The translations under genes were made by a program, and so were the position numbers. From assembly GCA_964057225.1 (NCBI GenBank), contig OZ059895.1:6820001-6884000 (forward strand): a stretch of 64,000 nt of DNA, in the 5' to 3' direction. Below are positions 63,501 through 64,000 of the stretch, in pieces (position 1 is the first letter of the stretch; every line of letters begins with the position of its first letter). The stretch is from Auanema rhodensis (lineage: Eukaryota > Animalia > Nematoda). The notes beneath the pieces were generated by a model. It worked only from the letters and a program-made list of their open reading frames with translations. It searched no databases and was not told the origin of the DNA.

Positions 63501-64000
63501 TCTGAAGATTCGGAAGCTTGTCTATCTCTTTACCGGAAACTTTTATTGTTCAGACAATCTCAGTCTAGAGTTTTGAATGTTCTTCTGAACAGGAATACGG
63601 TGCACGTGCCATTTGCCTTGGGGTATTCAACTTCATTTTTGGTTTAATTACCCAAGTTTGAGGTACTTTGATGATTCAACAAGGGTTACACCTGATGTTG
63701 AACTAAATTTTGGAAAGCTCACTATATGTGAGCAACATTGATATTTCATCTCTCTGAAGATTTGGAAGCTTGTCTATCTCTTGACCGGAAACTTTTATTG
63801 TTCAGACAATCTCAGTCTAGAGTTTTGAATGTTCTTCTGAACAGGAATACGGTGCACGTGCCATTTGCCTTGGGGTATTCATCTTCATCTTTGGTTTAAT
63901 TACCCAAGTTTGAGGTACTTTGATGATTCAACAAGGGTTACACCTGATGTTGAACTAAATTTTGGAAAGCTCACTATATGTGAGCAACATTGATATTTCA
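42561..64000. repeat. 252-bp satellite array, right block (about 85 units, variant B dominant), runs off the window
   Basis: Same unit and orientation as 963-20955, with diagnostic substitutions (CTCTCTGAA, TTCGGAAG, GACCGG, CAGTCTAG, CTTCTGAACAGG, TTGGGG). Confidence 0.98.

Noticed and set aside
1-64000. CRISPR-like array
   Set aside because: Units are contiguous 252-bp near-identical repeats with no unique spacers, no cas genes, and the context is eukaryotic.

Overview
Eukaryotic, AT-rich DNA, most likely nematode (42-46 bp introns with TTTCAG/TTTAG acceptors, BEL/Pao env of phlebovirus type). About 42 kb of the window is a 252-bp tandem satellite: 1-926 in one orientation, 963-20955 and 42561-64000 in the other, with different sequence variants dominating left and right. 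A 21.6-kb island of nested virus-like elements (20956-42560) interrupts it. (1) A decayed minus-strand BEL/Pao LTR retroelement keeps its 3' LTR, a class II Gc-like env, the integrase tail and gag/protease, but has lost pol and the 5' LTR. (2) Maverick/Polinton 1 is inserted in the Pao protease gene with an intact AGAGAG terminus, an apparently intact pPolB gene with about 13 introns, MCP, core-like protein, adenain-type protease, a C2H2 zinc-finger gene and a truncated minor capsid. (3) An 80-bp satellite remnant follows. (4) Maverick 2, a divergent decaying element, carries a packaging ATPase, small minor capsid, a ~748-codon putative class III fusogen and MCP. In it a spliced host-style retropepsin-like gene sits where most of the integrase and the end of the cysteine protease should be. 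All family calls come from motif recognition by eye, not database searches.
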